Shown: positions 19,070-29,845 of the stretch, piece after piece
How the letters are laid out: the number at the start of each line of letters is the position of its first letter
Position numbering within the stretch: position 1 is the first letter of the stretch
NCBI GenBank assembly: GCA_051859645.1
Contig: JBHYFG010000004.1
Coordinates: 102,014-166,013, forward strand
Source of the DNA: Psychroflexus sp.
GTDB taxonomy: Bacteria > Bacteroidota > Bacteroidia > Flavobacteriales > Flavobacteriaceae
DNA: 64,000 nt
Reading direction: 5' to 3'
Program-made: the position numbers and the translations under genes
Notes under the pieces: generated by a model
Database searches by the model: none
What the model saw: the letters and a program-made list of their open reading frames with translations, nothing else
What the model was told of the DNA's origin: nothing

Positions 19070-21796
19070 TTAGTGTATTTTTTCTTCAAAGGGATGGTTT
19101 ATATCTAGTATTTCTGAGAGTAAACTTGCGAGCACTTGTTTAAATGCTGTAATAACCGACTCGTCTATTGCTTTGTTTTTCTCGGCTTGGAACCAAAGGT
19201 ATCCGCTGTTTAGGTTTTTGAACGATAAAATACCCGAATGTACTTGCAGTTGAGGCGTTAATTTTTCTTCAAAAAACAAGGCATAAGTAAGAACCTGAAA
19301 AGCCTTACTGTACTTGTAATCCGTTACTAACTTACTAAAATCTTGCTTGATTTGTAATTCTTTAGCTTCTACTTTGCCGGTTTTGTAATCTATAATGCGT
19401 AAGGTGTTGCTATTTACTAAATCTATTCTATCTGCAATTCCTTTAATTTTTATATTAAAATCAATTCCGTCTAGTTTTAACTCTTTTATTTGTCGTTCTT
19501 CCAGCTGCTGAATGACTACTTCATTTGTTGCTAAAAATTCTTCTTCAACAGCCAAAAATCGATTTAGTTGTTGTGTTGCAATGTGTTTACTAATTAAGTT
19601 TGTTCCTTGTTGTAAGCCTTGTGTACTAAATTCTTTTTCAAAATTTAATTGTAGTAGAGAAATAATCGTCTTTTTTATTTCTTTAAGGTCTTCTTTTGTA
19701 AGTACTTTTCCAACGTAAGCTTGGTATGCATCTTCTAAGGTTTGGTGAAGAATATTTCCGTATACACGATAAGAAACTTCTTCTTCAAATTCATTTTCTT
19801 CTTGAATTTTTAATACATAACGTTTATAGAAATCGATTGGGTTTCTAATATAAGTTGTTAATGCAGAAGGAGATACTCCATTACTAAAAAGTTGTTTTAT
19901 GGTACGGATTATCTCAGGAGTCTTAGGGATTGTAAGTGGTTGAATACGCAGCGCAGGAGTTGGCGGAGTCCAAACAGTTTCTGAGTATTGATGATTCGGT
20001 AGGGCAAAGGTTTTAAGTTGAAGTAAAAATCGACTTGGCTCTGCCTTATCCATACCACTTGCATCGTTATTATAAATTAAATGAATGTTTTCTGCTCGTT
20101 GCAATAACCTAAAAAAATGGTAACTATATACCGCATCCTTCTCTCTGTAGGTAGGCAAACCAAAGGCCACTTTTAAATCGAAAGGAATGTAGGAATTAAC
20201 GCTTTTTCCGGCTGGTAAAACTCCCTCATTTACAGATGTAATAAGTATGTTTTTGTAATCCAGCAAACGGGTTTCTAGCATTCCCATTACCTGTAACCCT
20301 TCAAACGGCATACCTTCAAAGTTTAAGCTTTCTAGGGCTAAACTATCTTTGTAAAGCTGGTAAAAAGTGCCAAGTTGTATGGGCGTTTCTTGCTTCCGTA
20401 TCTGGTCGCGTAAACGCTTAAAAAAAACATCGAAATAATAAGCGTATTCCGTAAATAAATCTTGCCTTTGTTGCTTACTTTTTATGTATTGAATGAGGCG
20501 TAAACAGGATTGCATTAAGTTGTCAGGTACCTCATTATCCTTGGCTAATGCTAACTGGAGCAGGTGCGATATTGGTGGGTAATCGCTTGCTTTTTGCAAA
20601 AGCTCTTCGGTGGTTAGGAAAAATAGTTTTTGTTGTACCAAGGCTTGCTTAAATGTGGTTGCCTCTTTACCCGCGACATGCGTTACAAACACATGCTCAA
20701 TTAATTGAAAAACATCCTTTACAAACCACGTTTCTTTGGGTTTGGTATGCAGCGAAATTAATAAATCGAAAAAACTTGCAAAAGGAGTTTTATTTAAAGG
20801 CAGTCCCATGGTTATATTTACCTCCGAAACATTGGCTGGTAAATGATTGAGTAAAACAGGAAGCAGCTCTTCATCGCCCAAAACTACCGCTGTTTCTTTA
20901 ATTTCCTTAGGGGTCATTTCTTGCAATAAATGGGCTACAAGCTTGGCTTGTCCAACTTGTTTAGCTGTTGCATATGTATGTATTTGCTTAGCTTCAGAAA
21001 ATTTAGTTGTACTTGCTTGTATAGGTGCCTCCTTTGGGCTAAAAACTTCCCAGTTTCTTGCATAGGATTGGATAAATCGAGCTACACCAAACTCAGGATG
21101 CGTTAAAAAATGCTGATCGATGTCCCAAATAACTGTTCCTTTTTTTTGTCGAATTGTTTCTTGAAAAATAAATTGTTCTGCGGCATTAAGCGCATTGAAA
21201 CCTAAAAAAACAAGCTGTTTTTCAGTCGAAGCTAAATAAGTTGCAAAGCGATTGCTAGCTTCTCGATAAGCCAAGCCTTGGTAAGCAGCTTTTTGTTGAA
21301 GTAAATAAGCAGAAAACGCTTTGTAGTAAACAGGCATTTTTCTCCAGAAGTTAAGGTATTTTTGAAGCATTTCAGTTGGTTGTTGAGACAAACTCCAATG
21401 CTCCAAATCTTTTACAGCCGACAGGTTGCTAAAAAAATGCTCGATATCGATAAGGTAACGGTCAATTTCATTGAAATCTTGCAGTAATACTTGTGACCAG
21501 TTATAAACCACATCGAAGGATTCTTTTTCGTTTTCAGGAACTACTGTTTGGTAAACGTGGTAAAATGAAAACGCAAGTTGCATAGGGTTAAGAATTTCCA
21601 ACTGGGAAACTTCTTTTATAAAATCCTCTATACTATACATTTCAGGAACCAAAATACTTGTACTTACTTCCTTACTGAGGCTTTTTTTGAAGTAATTAAT
21701 CGCTCTTCTACTGGGCAGAATATGTACCGTAGATTCTAGGTTTTTAGTGTTTAGCTTAAGTTCACTTTGAAGGTATGAATCAATGAATTTTTCCAT
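19070..21796 (-). CDS. AddB-like PD-(D/E)XK nuclease family protein (start moved from 21853 to ATG 21796)
   Basis: ILPSRRA N-terminal motif, VSPSALTTY, GNILHQTLE, GIADRIDL...IIDYKTG nuclease motif. Confidence 0.85.
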   Translation of the reverse strand: MEKFIDSYLQSELKLNTKNLESTVHILPSRRAINYFKKSLSKEVSTSILVPEMYSIEDFIKEVSQLEILNPMQLAFSFYHVYQTVVPENEKESFDVVYNWSQVLLQDFNEIDRYLIDIEHFFSNLSAVKDLEHWSLSQQPTEMLQKYLNFWRKMPVYYKAFSAYLLQQKAAYQGLAYREASNRFATYLASTEKQLVFLGFNALNAAEQFIFQETIRQKKGTVIWDIDQHFLTHPEFGVARFIQSYARNWEVFSPKEAPIQASTTKFSEAKQIHTYATAKQVGQAKLVAHLLQEMTPKEIKETAVVLGDEELLPVLLNHLPANVSEVNITMGLPLNKTPFASFFDLLISLHTKPKETWFVKDVFQLIEHVFVTHVAGKEATTFKQALVQQKLFFLTTEELLQKASDYPPISHLLQLALAKDNEVPDNLMQSCLRLIQYIKSKQQRQDLFTEYAYYFDVFFKRLRDQIRKQETPIQLGTFYQLYKDSLALESLNFEGMPFEGLQVMGMLETRLLDYKNILITSVNEGVLPAGKSVNSYIPFDLKVAFGLPTYREKDAVYSYHFFRLLQRAENIHLIYNNDASGMDKAEPSRFLLQLKTFALPNHQYSETVWTPPTPALRIQPLTIPKTPEIIRTIKQLFSNGVSPSALTTYIRNPIDFYKRYVLKIQEENEFEEEVSYRVYGNILHQTLEDAYQAYVGKVLTKEDLKEIKKTIISLLQLNFEKEFSTQGLQQGTNLISKHIATQQLNRFLAVEEEFLATNEVVIQQLEERQIKELKLDGIDFNIKIKGIADRIDLVNSNTLRIIDYKTGKVEAKELQIKQDFSKLVTDYKYSKAFQVLTYALFFEEKLTPQLQVHSGILSFKNLNSGYLWFQAEKNKAIDESVITAFKQVLASLLSEILDINHPFEEKIH

Positions 21797-21807
21797 AAAA
21801 TAAAAGT

Positions 21808-21835
21808 AAAAAAAAAGCCCCAAATTGGGGCTTTT
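21808..21835 (-). terminator. Intrinsic terminator of ompA
   Basis: AAAAGCCCC-AAATT-GGGGCTTTT with long A-run on + strand (U-tract on minus). Confidence 0.85.
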
Positions 21836-21859
21836 AATCTCGAATTTATTCAACTTTTT

Positions 21860-23251
21860 TTACTTAACTAAATTGATTTCAACTCTTCTGTTTTGTTTTC
21901 TTCCTGCTTCAGTTTTGTTGTCAGCCACTGGTTTGTCTGGTCCGTACCCCTCTGAAGATAAACGAGCTTTATCAATTCCATTTTCAATTAAATAGTCCTT
22001 AACAGCTGCCGCTCTTTCCTTAGAAAGTCTTAGGTTTAGTTCTCTTCCTCCGGTGCTATCAGTATGCCCTTCAACAATAAATTTAGCGTTAGGGTACTCA
22101 TTTAATTTCGGGATTACTTTAGTATTAAGAATGTCTTTAGAGTAGTCTGTAATTCTAGCTTTTCCTGTTTCGAAGTTCAAGACTTTTGCAAATTCGTTTA
22201 ACTCTTTTTGCACTTCTTCAGTTACTTCTGGACAACCTTCGTTAGACGCTGGACCTGCTACCTCTGGACATTTGTCAAGGTGATCTGGTACGCCATCGCC
22301 ATCCGCATCAGGCCAAGGGCATCCATTATTTTCTTTTGGACCAGCTTCGTTTGGACACTTATCCAAATGGTCTGGAACTCCGTCGCCATCAGAATCTGGG
22401 CAACCTTCAAATTCTCCAGCTACTTCTGGACATTTATCTAAATGATCTGGAACACCATCGCCATCGGTATCTGGACAACCGTTAAATTCTGGCAAACCTG
22501 GTACATCTGGACAATCGTCTAAATGGTCAGGAATACCATCGCCGTCGGTATCTGGACATCCATTAAATTCTTTTAAGCCAGGTACATCAGGACACTCATC
22601 GTCTTTATCTGGAACTCCGTCTCCATCTCTGTCCGATCCGCCAAAAGCAAAACGAATACCAGCAGTGTGTTGAAATAAGCTCATATCTGCTCGCTCAAAA
22701 ACCTGCTTGTACGAAGACTCTATGGTTAGCGCAAGACGCTCAGAGAACCAGAAATTGAAACCTACACTAGTGTTAAATGTAGAAACACCTTTTCCGCCAT
22801 CTAACCAATAGTAACCAAGACCTGCACCAATATATGGGTCAAGCCATGTGTGTTCTTTCATAAATGAATTGAAACTGTAAATTAAATCGGCATCTAGCGC
22901 TATATAACTTTCGCTATCTGATAGCCTAGCTTTACCAATTTTGTCTATACGGTTGAAGCTAAATCCACCTCTAACGCTAAGGTTTTGACCAACGTAATAG
23001 CCCACTTGAATAGTAGACATTGCGGGAAAAAAATTCCAGTTTGAGGTGTCAAAATAATCTTGCATAAAGCGCTCGCTGGACATTTGAGGATTAAATAAGT
23101 TTGATTCGCCCCCTTTACCTGTTGGATAAAAGTCAACTGCATTTGTACCTATCATTACCGACCAACGATTAACTTCGTTTAACTGAGCAGTCATTTGAAA
23201 AGTTCCTAGAAGGAACATTAACACTGCAGAAATTTTAGTAATCATCTTCAT
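21860..23251 (-). CDS. OmpA-family outer membrane protein with TSP type-3 (Ca-binding) repeats
   Basis: N-terminal beta-barrel, repeated DxDGDGVPDxxDxCP, C-terminal VEGHTDS...LSKERA...NRRVEI. Confidence 0.93.
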   Translation of the reverse strand: MKMITKISAVLMFLLGTFQMTAQLNEVNRWSVMIGTNAVDFYPTGKGGESNLFNPQMSSERFMQDYFDTSNWNFFPAMSTIQVGYYVGQNLSVRGGFSFNRIDKIGKARLSDSESYIALDADLIYSFNSFMKEHTWLDPYIGAGLGYYWLDGGKGVSTFNTSVGFNFWFSERLALTIESSYKQVFERADMSLFQHTAGIRFAFGGSDRDGDGVPDKDDECPDVPGLKEFNGCPDTDGDGIPDHLDDCPDVPGLPEFNGCPDTDGDGVPDHLDKCPEVAGEFEGCPDSDGDGVPDHLDKCPNEAGPKENNGCPWPDADGDGVPDHLDKCPEVAGPASNEGCPEVTEEVQKELNEFAKVLNFETGKARITDYSKDILNTKVIPKLNEYPNAKFIVEGHTDSTGGRELNLRLSKERAAAVKDYLIENGIDKARLSSEGYGPDKPVADNKTEAGRKQNRRVEINLVK

Positions 23252-23370
23252 AAATATGCGTTTTTTAATTCAGTATCTATACAAATATATAAAAAACAAC
23301 AATAATTTATCTTACAATTTATTATTGCTGTTAACTACAACGATGTAGATTGCTAAATTCTTAATAAATT

Positions 23371-24567
23371 CTACGAAATGACTTTCATTTCTTTACCCAC
23401 TTTAATGAAAGCTGCGATTGCTTTATCCAGGTGTTCTTTTGTATGAGCTGCAGAAAGTTGAACTCTTATTCTAGCTTTTTCTTTAGGAACTACAGGATAA
23501 AAGAATCCGATAACATAAACGCCTTCATCTAAAAGCTTAGAAGCCATTTCTTGTGATAGTTTAGCATCGTACAACATTACAGGAACAATTGCGGATTCTC
23601 CATCAATAATGTCGAAGCCAGCATCTTTCATTCCTTTTTTAAAGTATGCCGTATTTTCTTTCAGTTGCTTGGATAGGCTGTTGTCTTTTTTAAGTAATTC
23701 AAATACTTTCAAAGAAGCACCAACAATGGAAGGGGCTAATGAATTTGAAAATAAATAGGGTCTTGAGCGTTGGCGCAAAATTTCTATAATTTCTTTGCTT
23801 GCAGTTGTGTATCCCCCCATGGCTCCACCTAGGGCTTTTCCTAAAGTTCCGGTAATGATGTCTACTCGACCAAGCACTCCTTTTTCTTCAAGTGTACCAA
23901 TACCATTTTCTCCAATGAAGCCTGTTGCATGGCATTCATCTATCATTACTAGAGCTTCATATTCGTCGGCTAAATCACAAATTTTATCTAATGGCGCAAC
24001 GAGTCCATCCATAGAGAATACACCGTCTGTAACAATAAGAATGTTTCTAGCGCCATTTTCTTTAGCGGCATTTAGTTGGCTTCGTAAATCCTCCATATTG
24101 CCATTTTCGTAACGATAACGTGCTGCTTTACACAAGCGAACTCCATCGATAATGGAAGCGTGATTAAGCGAATCTGAAACTATAGCATCTTCAGCTGTAA
24201 GCAGGGGTTCAAAAACTCCTCCGTTTGCATCAAAACAAGCAGCATATAAAATAGTGTCTTCAGTTCCGTAAAAATCTGCAATTTTCGCTTCTAATTCCTT
24301 GTGAATATCTTGTGTTCCACAAATAAAGCGAACGCTAGACATCCCGAACCCATGAGAGTCTAAGGTGTCTTTAGCAGCTTGTATAACTTCTGGATGCGCC
24401 GATAAACCTAAGTAGTTATTGGCACAAAAATTAAGAACAGTTTTATTATTAACCGTAATTTCTGGGCCTTGCGGAGAGGTAATTATTCGTTCTTTTTTAA
24501 AAAGCCCGTTTGTTTCTATTTCAGCTAATTCGTTGGAAAGTTGTTGCTTCAATTTATTAGAATACAT
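23371..24567 (-). CDS. kbl: 2-amino-3-ketobutyrate CoA ligase (glycine C-acetyltransferase)
   Basis: [48 protein letters not shown]. Confidence 0.97.
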   Translation of the reverse strand: MYSNKLKQQLSNELAEIETNGLFKKERIITSPQGPEITVNNKTVLNFCANNYLGLSAHPEVIQAAKDTLDSHGFGMSSVRFICGTQDIHKELEAKIADFYGTEDTILYAACFDANGGVFEPLLTAEDAIVSDSLNHASIIDGVRLCKAARYRYENGNMEDLRSQLNAAKENGARNILIVTDGVFSMDGLVAPLDKICDLADEYEALVMIDECHATGFIGENGIGTLEEKGVLGRVDIITGTLGKALGGAMGGYTTASKEIIEILRQRSRPYLFSNSLAPSIVGASLKVFELLKKDNSLSKQLKENTAYFKKGMKDAGFDIIDGESAIVPVMLYDAKLSQEMASKLLDEGVYVIGFFYPVVPKEKARIRVQLSAAHTKEHLDKAIAAFIKVGKEMKVIS

Positions 24568-24965
24568 AAAATATGATGTTTAATTTGCTCACGAAATTAC
24601 GGAAAATCTAACCAACTAGCATTAAAATTATCAGAAATTGAAAGTAGAATAATCAACTCTCCTAAAGTATAAGAAAAATGAATTGATTAACTTTTTAAAA
24701 CGGTAAAAGCATTGTTATTGTATTTCAAAAAAAGACATTCACCACTGCTAAAGAAACGATGAAGCTATAAATTCTACCACAAAAAACATCTAATTGAAAG
24801 TAAGTAGGTATCTAATTTCTTGCCTCTAATCTGTCTATTCTTCTTATTACATAATGCTTTGTAAATTTTTACCCGTTTCGCTGTTCTCACGAAATTAATT
24901 CCTTGGCTATCTAAGTAGAATTGAAGGTGCACAATTACCCATGTAAAAATGGCTTTCTTATTAAA

Positions 24966-25007
24966 TTTGTACTCAATACTTTGTACTCAATACTTTGTAC
25001 TCAATAC
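24966..25007. repeat. Perfect 14-bp tandem repeat x3 (TTTGTACTCAATAC)
   Basis: Read directly; abuts/overlaps the rnr stop codon. Confidence 0.95.
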
Positions 25008-27220
25008 TAAATTATCTTTCCGTTTTTGTAAAATTTTGATTCAGTGCTTGAAACCAACTCTAAATCGATGTTGCGTTTCACCAAATCTGCTTTTTTAACC
25101 TTTACAACAACTTCGTCTCCTAGTTGGTAAGCTGTTTTGGTTCGTTTTCCGATAACGGCGTAGTTTTCTTGGTCAAAATAAAAATAGTCTCCTTCCATAT
25201 CACGCAGACGCACCATTCCTTCGCAACGATTTTCGTTCATTTCTACAAACATTCCAAAATCGGTAACTCCCGTTATTATTCCTGTAAACTCTTCGTTTTC
25301 GAATTGTTGAATAAACTTTACCTGCATAAACTTGATAGAATCTCGTTCGGCGCTTGTGGCTAGGTTTTCCATTTGTGAAGAATGCTTGCATTTTTCTTCG
25401 AACTCTTCTTGACTTGCACTCCCTTTTCCGTCTAGGTAATGCTGCAATAAGCGATGTGCCATTACATCTGGGTATCGGCGAATAGGCGATGTAAAGTGCG
25501 AATAATGCCCAAATGCTAAACCATAATGCCCAATATTTTTAGTGGAGTAGTAGGCTTTTGCCATGGATCGAATAGCAAGGGTATCAATCAAGTTTTGCTC
25601 ACCTTTTCCTTGTACATCTTCCAATAACTGATTTAGTGAAGAAATGACTGATTTTCTGTTTTTTAAACTTAATTTATAACCAAATTTGTTCACTAAATTG
25701 TTGAGCGACATCAGTTTGTCCGGGTCTGGTTCGTCGTGGCAACGATACACAAAGGTCTTAGGTGGTTTTTGAAGGCTTATAAACTCTGAAACTTTTTTAT
25801 TAGCTAACAACATAAACTCTTCTATTAGCTTGTTGGCGTCTTTAGAGGTTTTAAAAAATACACCTTCAGGGTTATTTTCTTCGTTTAAATTGAATTTTAC
25901 TTCCATTTTATCGAAAGAAATAGAACCATTCTTCATGCGTTGGACTCGCATTTTTTTGGCTAGCCTATCCAGTTGAAGCACGGCATTTTTAATTTCTTCG
26001 CTTACCTCGTATGTTTTTCCTGAAAGGGAAACGCTGGCGTCTACAATGTTTTCTTCTGTTTCGATAATGTACTGCGCTTCCTCATAAGCAAAACGTGCAT
26101 CAGAGTAGGTAACCGTTCTTCCAAACCATTCTTCGACCAATTTTCCTTGTGGTGTCATTTCAAAAACAGCAGAGAAGGTATATTTTTCTTCGTTTGGTCG
26201 GAGGGAACATGCGTTGTTGGACAAGACTTCTGGCAACATAGGAACTACTCTATCTACTAAATAAATAGAGGTAGCTCGGTTGTAAGCTTCTTCGTCTAAA
26301 ATAGTGCCTGGTTGTACGTAATAAGAAACATCGGCAATGTGCACCCCAATTTCGTAATTACCATTTTCTAAAACTTGAAAACTCAGTGCATCGTCAAAAT
26401 CTTTTGCATCTGCGGGGTCTATGGTAAAGGTAAGTACGTCGCGCATATCGCGTCTGCGTTTAATTTCCTCTGGTTGAATAGAAGTATCGATTTGGTTTGC
26501 AAACTCTTCTACTTCCTCGGGGAATTTTTCTGGTAATCCATACTGGGCTAAAATGGCATGCATTTCGGTTTGATGCTCGCCTGGCTGACCGAGTACTTCT
26601 ACTACTTTTCCACGAGGAGAATCTTCATTTTTACGCCAATCGGTAAGCTCTACAACCACCATTTCACCATCTTTGGCTTCGTCTAAATGATCTGGAGAAA
26701 CAAATATATCCGTGTACATTTTTGGGTCTTGCATGACTACAAATCCAAAGTTTTTTTGAATTTGAAGTACTCCTACAAAGCGGTTTTTGTGGCGTTCGAT
26801 AACCTCTACAACTTCTCCTTCTGAGCTTGAATTTTTTCGGTGCTTAAAAACATATACTAAGACACGGTCTTTGTGTAATGCTTTGTTTAAGTTTTTGTTG
26901 GAAATCCGAATATCGTTTTCCATATCTTCTACAACGACGTACGCGTCTCCTTTCGAGGTCATGTCTACAACTCCTTCGAACATATCGGATGTACCGTTAA
27001 ATTGGAAATTCCCTCTACTTACCTGAACCAATTTTTGTTTAGCTGTAAGTTGGGCAAGAGTTCGTATAATTCTGTTGCGTGTTTTGGTGTCGGTAACTTC
27101 TAAACGGGCCGCTATTTGTTTGTAATTGAAATGTTTAGTGTCGTTAGCCCTGAATATGCGTAAAATTTTTTCAGTTAAATGTTCGGTAGATGGGTTGTTG
27201 GTTTTTCTTTTCTTTTGCAT
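25007..27220 (-). CDS. rnr: Ribonuclease R
   Basis: N-terminal HTH, CSDs, RNB motif TIDPADAKDFDDA, HFTSPIRRYPD, C-terminal S1. Confidence 0.97.
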   Translation of the reverse strand: MQKKRKTNNPSTEHLTEKILRIFRANDTKHFNYKQIAARLEVTDTKTRNRIIRTLAQLTAKQKLVQVSRGNFQFNGTSDMFEGVVDMTSKGDAYVVVEDMENDIRISNKNLNKALHKDRVLVYVFKHRKNSSSEGEVVEVIERHKNRFVGVLQIQKNFGFVVMQDPKMYTDIFVSPDHLDEAKDGEMVVVELTDWRKNEDSPRGKVVEVLGQPGEHQTEMHAILAQYGLPEKFPEEVEEFANQIDTSIQPEEIKRRRDMRDVLTFTIDPADAKDFDDALSFQVLENGNYEIGVHIADVSYYVQPGTILDEEAYNRATSIYLVDRVVPMLPEVLSNNACSLRPNEEKYTFSAVFEMTPQGKLVEEWFGRTVTYSDARFAYEEAQYIIETEENIVDASVSLSGKTYEVSEEIKNAVLQLDRLAKKMRVQRMKNGSISFDKMEVKFNLNEENNPEGVFFKTSKDANKLIEEFMLLANKKVSEFISLQKPPKTFVYRCHDEPDPDKLMSLNNLVNKFGYKLSLKNRKSVISSLNQLLEDVQGKGEQNLIDTLAIRSMAKAYYSTKNIGHYGLAFGHYSHFTSPIRRYPDVMAHRLLQHYLDGKGSASQEEFEEKCKHSSQMENLATSAERDSIKFMQVKFIQQFENEEFTGIITGVTDFGMFVEMNENRCEGMVRLRDMEGDYFYFDQENYAVIGKRTKTAYQLGDEVVVKVKKADLVKRNIDLELVSSTESKFYKNGKII

Positions 27221-27251
27221 ACGTATGTCAATCTTCTTCTTAATTCTCCTT

Positions 27252-27259
27252 CAAAGGTA
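27252..27259 (-). promoter_or_regulatory. -7 promoter box for rnr
   Basis: TACCTTTG on minus strand, 31 nt upstream of ATG. Confidence 0.6.
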
Positions 27260-27532
27260 CTACATATCAGCCAACAATTTGTTTTTCAACAATAATTCTT
27301 TGTTAATTCGACTGAAGTTGCTTAGAATAAAATGATAAACTAGGTGATTAGGACATCTTGGTTAGTGTTGAGCGTTTAAATGTGCGTGTTTCGCCTAGTG
27401 GTGTTCGGTTTTTTAAAAAGTCATTGATTATCAAATTGTTAAATTTTAAAATAAAATCAATAAAGCTTTAAGATTAGTTAAAAAAACCTTAATTTTGTTT
27501 TTGTGGAATTCCCCGCAATTGATATACTATTT

Positions 27533-27682
27533 ATGTTTCAACCACGAAAAATTACGCTTCTATTTGTTTTTATTCTTCTCGTGGGGATGTTAGGGATATA
27601 CCTGTACCTAAAGTTATTTTTATCTACTACCGTTAGCGTTCAAGAAGAAGAGTGTCTTCAAGAAGTTTTTGCCTTTGCATAA
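27533..27682 (+). CDS. Possible 49-aa single-TM small protein (below ORF-track cutoff)
   Basis: MFQPRKITLLFVFILLVGMLGIYLYLKLFLSTTVSVQEEECLQEVFAFA; hand translated. Confidence 0.35.
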   Translation: MFQPRKITLLFVFILLVGMLGIYLYLKLFLSTTVSVQEEECLQEVFAFA

Positions 27683-27903
27683 CTTATGCTAAGCTTTATT
27701 GTTGATTGAATTTTACATCGTAAAATTCTTTTTTCTCCCTTCTGTTTCATTACAAAAAGAAACATCGCTAATGCTTTACTTGATTTTTTGCCAAGGCTAC
27801 TCAAAAAGATAATTCAATTTCTTTTAGCTTCATTGTAAAATTTAAGGAATAAAAATGCCATTTAATAGTCAAATTGGTATTATTTTTAAAAAAATTTCTA
27901 CTT

Positions 27904-28146
27904 ATGTTAGATTTCGAAAAAATTGCTGTTTTTAGTTTTCCACATGAATATGCTGTTCTTCAACTTTTATTGGAAAAGGAGCATATCCGTTTCTTTTTTC
28001 AAAATGAAACTGCCATTGGGGTAATGCCGTTTTATTCTAATGCTATTGGGGGGATTTTTCTAAAAGTTCACCCAGATGATGTAGAAGCAGCAAAAGCTAT
28101 TTTATCTTCCTTTAACGACGCGTCTACCAACCTTAAAATTGTCTAA
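27904..28146 (+). CDS. DUF2007-type putative signal-transducing protein (start moved to ATG 27904)
   Basis: F.FPHE...LLEKEHI...E......YSNAIGGIFLKVHPDD pattern. Confidence 0.75.
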   Translation: MLDFEKIAVFSFPHEYAVLQLLLEKEHIRFFFQNETAIGVMPFYSNAIGGIFLKVHPDDVEAAKAILSSFNDASTNLKIV

Positions 28147-28153
28147 ACCCTTC

Positions 28154-28185
28154 TAATACCGTTTATCAATTGAAATTACGGGTAT
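28154..28185 (+). repeat. 32-bp dispersed element (REP-like, imperfect hairpin)
   Basis: TAATACCGTTTATCAATTGAAATTACGGGTAT, identical to 63807-63838. Confidence 0.9.
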
Positions 28186-28204
28186 AAATTGAAATAACCT
28201 TAAC

Positions 28205-29842
28205 TTATGGCAAGCGGATGACTTCGGAATAATCCCAATTGGCTCTAACGGTAAATGGTTTAGGAAAGTATACCGCTTCTTCTGGCTGACGTCCTTTTAG
28301 GTAATTTCCTGTGTCCCAAACTTGGTTATTATTAGTGTCATAAATCACCCTGACATAATATTCGCCTGGGTCTATTAAATTAAACTCGAATACTTGGCGT
28401 TCTTCAGCAAACTGTTCGTATTTAACCTCATCTTTTGCTGAGACTAATTGAACAATTTTTGCCCCTTCTTTCATGTTTTGAATGGTTAGCAATAAGTTAC
28501 CAAATTGAGCATTTTTAGGGGTTTTTAGCTTTACTTTTAGCGTATCGTTGGTTTCGTCAAAAAAACTTGTAATTGCACCTGGAAGCAGGAGTAGCTCGTA
28601 GGAGGTTTCTTCTTCTTTATCGAACTTAATTTTGAAATGGTTTTTGAACGTATCTAACTCTGCTTCGTAAGGGTGCGCAATTGAGTCAGGAAGCTTCATT
28701 AATTGAATAGAGTCCTTTTCAAAGGCTACTATAGGAACCCTACTGGTCAGGTAAAAGTCTTCTTTTAATTTGATACTTCCCTTAACTTTCTCTTCTATTA
28801 CTAACGAATCTTTTTCTAGTTCTTTAGGAAATATTTTTAGCGTGTCAAGTTTCGTTAAAGTACCGTTATTAAAAGTGAATAAAAGTGAATCTGTTTCGAT
28901 AAATGGTTTGTACCAATAGTAAAGGGTATCTGTTTTTTCATCTTTTATCACACTGTATGAAAAATCTTCTGGCGCTTCTGAAAGTAACTGGATATCGTAA
29001 TTATCGCTAGTTACTTTTCCGTTGTAGCCAAACATAATGCGGTTGCGTTTGTCTTGCTTTGGACGTTCAGGTTTAAAATTCGGAATTTCTTTAAAAATTG
29101 GCAGTTCATAAAAGCGAAGATCGTCTTTGGGCAGGTCTATAGTGTCGTTAATAAAACCAATTTTATCTTGCGAAGGAATAAAGCGGTAATTGTTAGCTTT
29201 ATCTGAAAGAGCTACCAATTTATACTTGCCCTCTTTCAGGTTGTCTAAGGAAAAAAAGTTCGTAGAATCTACGGTATACGTAATGTAGGTAGGATTTTTT
29301 TTGAAGACGATAGAATCGGTGTAAGCGGTGTCTACAGCATACAACATGATCGAAACAAACTCATCGGCAACGCGTTTCATAGGGTCGTAAAGTTTTCCTT
29401 GAACGCTCAACGAATCGATATAATCCCCAGTTGAAAATACGTACTTGTAAAAAGGAAATTTGTTTCCTTCGTTATTATCTTCTATGCTTAAACCAAAATT
29501 TATGGTGTATGTGGTGTTGGGTAATAACGAATCTAGCTCTATACCTACATATTTTGCTGGCAATCCCATAGGAGTAACGTTAGGTCGCGGATCGATAGGA
29601 GGCGAAAAAATAATTTGATTTCTGGGTTTGTCGAGCTTTACAAACTCATCAAAATAAATTCGAATTTCGTCCTTGTCGAATAAGGTCGAGAAGTTTGGGG
29701 GGCGTTCCACCACAATTTTTGGTGGATCTTCGTCCAAAGGTCCACCATCTGGCCTTCCACGTTGGGCACATGCATAAAGCAGCAAGCCAATAAACAAAAG
29801 GCTTAAAATCTTGCGCAATAAAGCTAGTGTAGGTTGTAGCAT
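28205..29842 (-). CDS. Ig-like (Big_5-type) domain lipoprotein
   Basis: Lipobox LYAC-AQRGRPDGGPLDEDPP, FDEFVKL, NTTYTINFG, WDTGNYLKGRQPE. Confidence 0.82.
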   Translation of the reverse strand: MLQPTLALLRKILSLLFIGLLLYACAQRGRPDGGPLDEDPPKIVVERPPNFSTLFDKDEIRIYFDEFVKLDKPRNQIIFSPPIDPRPNVTPMGLPAKYVGIELDSLLPNTTYTINFGLSIEDNNEGNKFPFYKYVFSTGDYIDSLSVQGKLYDPMKRVADEFVSIMLYAVDTAYTDSIVFKKNPTYITYTVDSTNFFSLDNLKEGKYKLVALSDKANNYRFIPSQDKIGFINDTIDLPKDDLRFYELPIFKEIPNFKPERPKQDKRNRIMFGYNGKVTSDNYDIQLLSEAPEDFSYSVIKDEKTDTLYYWYKPFIETDSLLFTFNNGTLTKLDTLKIFPKELEKDSLVIEEKVKGSIKLKEDFYLTSRVPIVAFEKDSIQLMKLPDSIAHPYEAELDTFKNHFKIKFDKEEETSYELLLLPGAITSFFDETNDTLKVKLKTPKNAQFGNLLLTIQNMKEGAKIVQLVSAKDEVKYEQFAEERQVFEFNLIDPGEYYVRVIYDTNNNQVWDTGNYLKGRQPEEAVYFPKPFTVRANWDYSEVIRLP

Positions 29843-29845
29843 TGT

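Noticed and set aside
22200-22640. Internal DNA repeats in ompA
   Set aside because: Explained by ordinary TSP type-3 DGDGVPD protein repeats.
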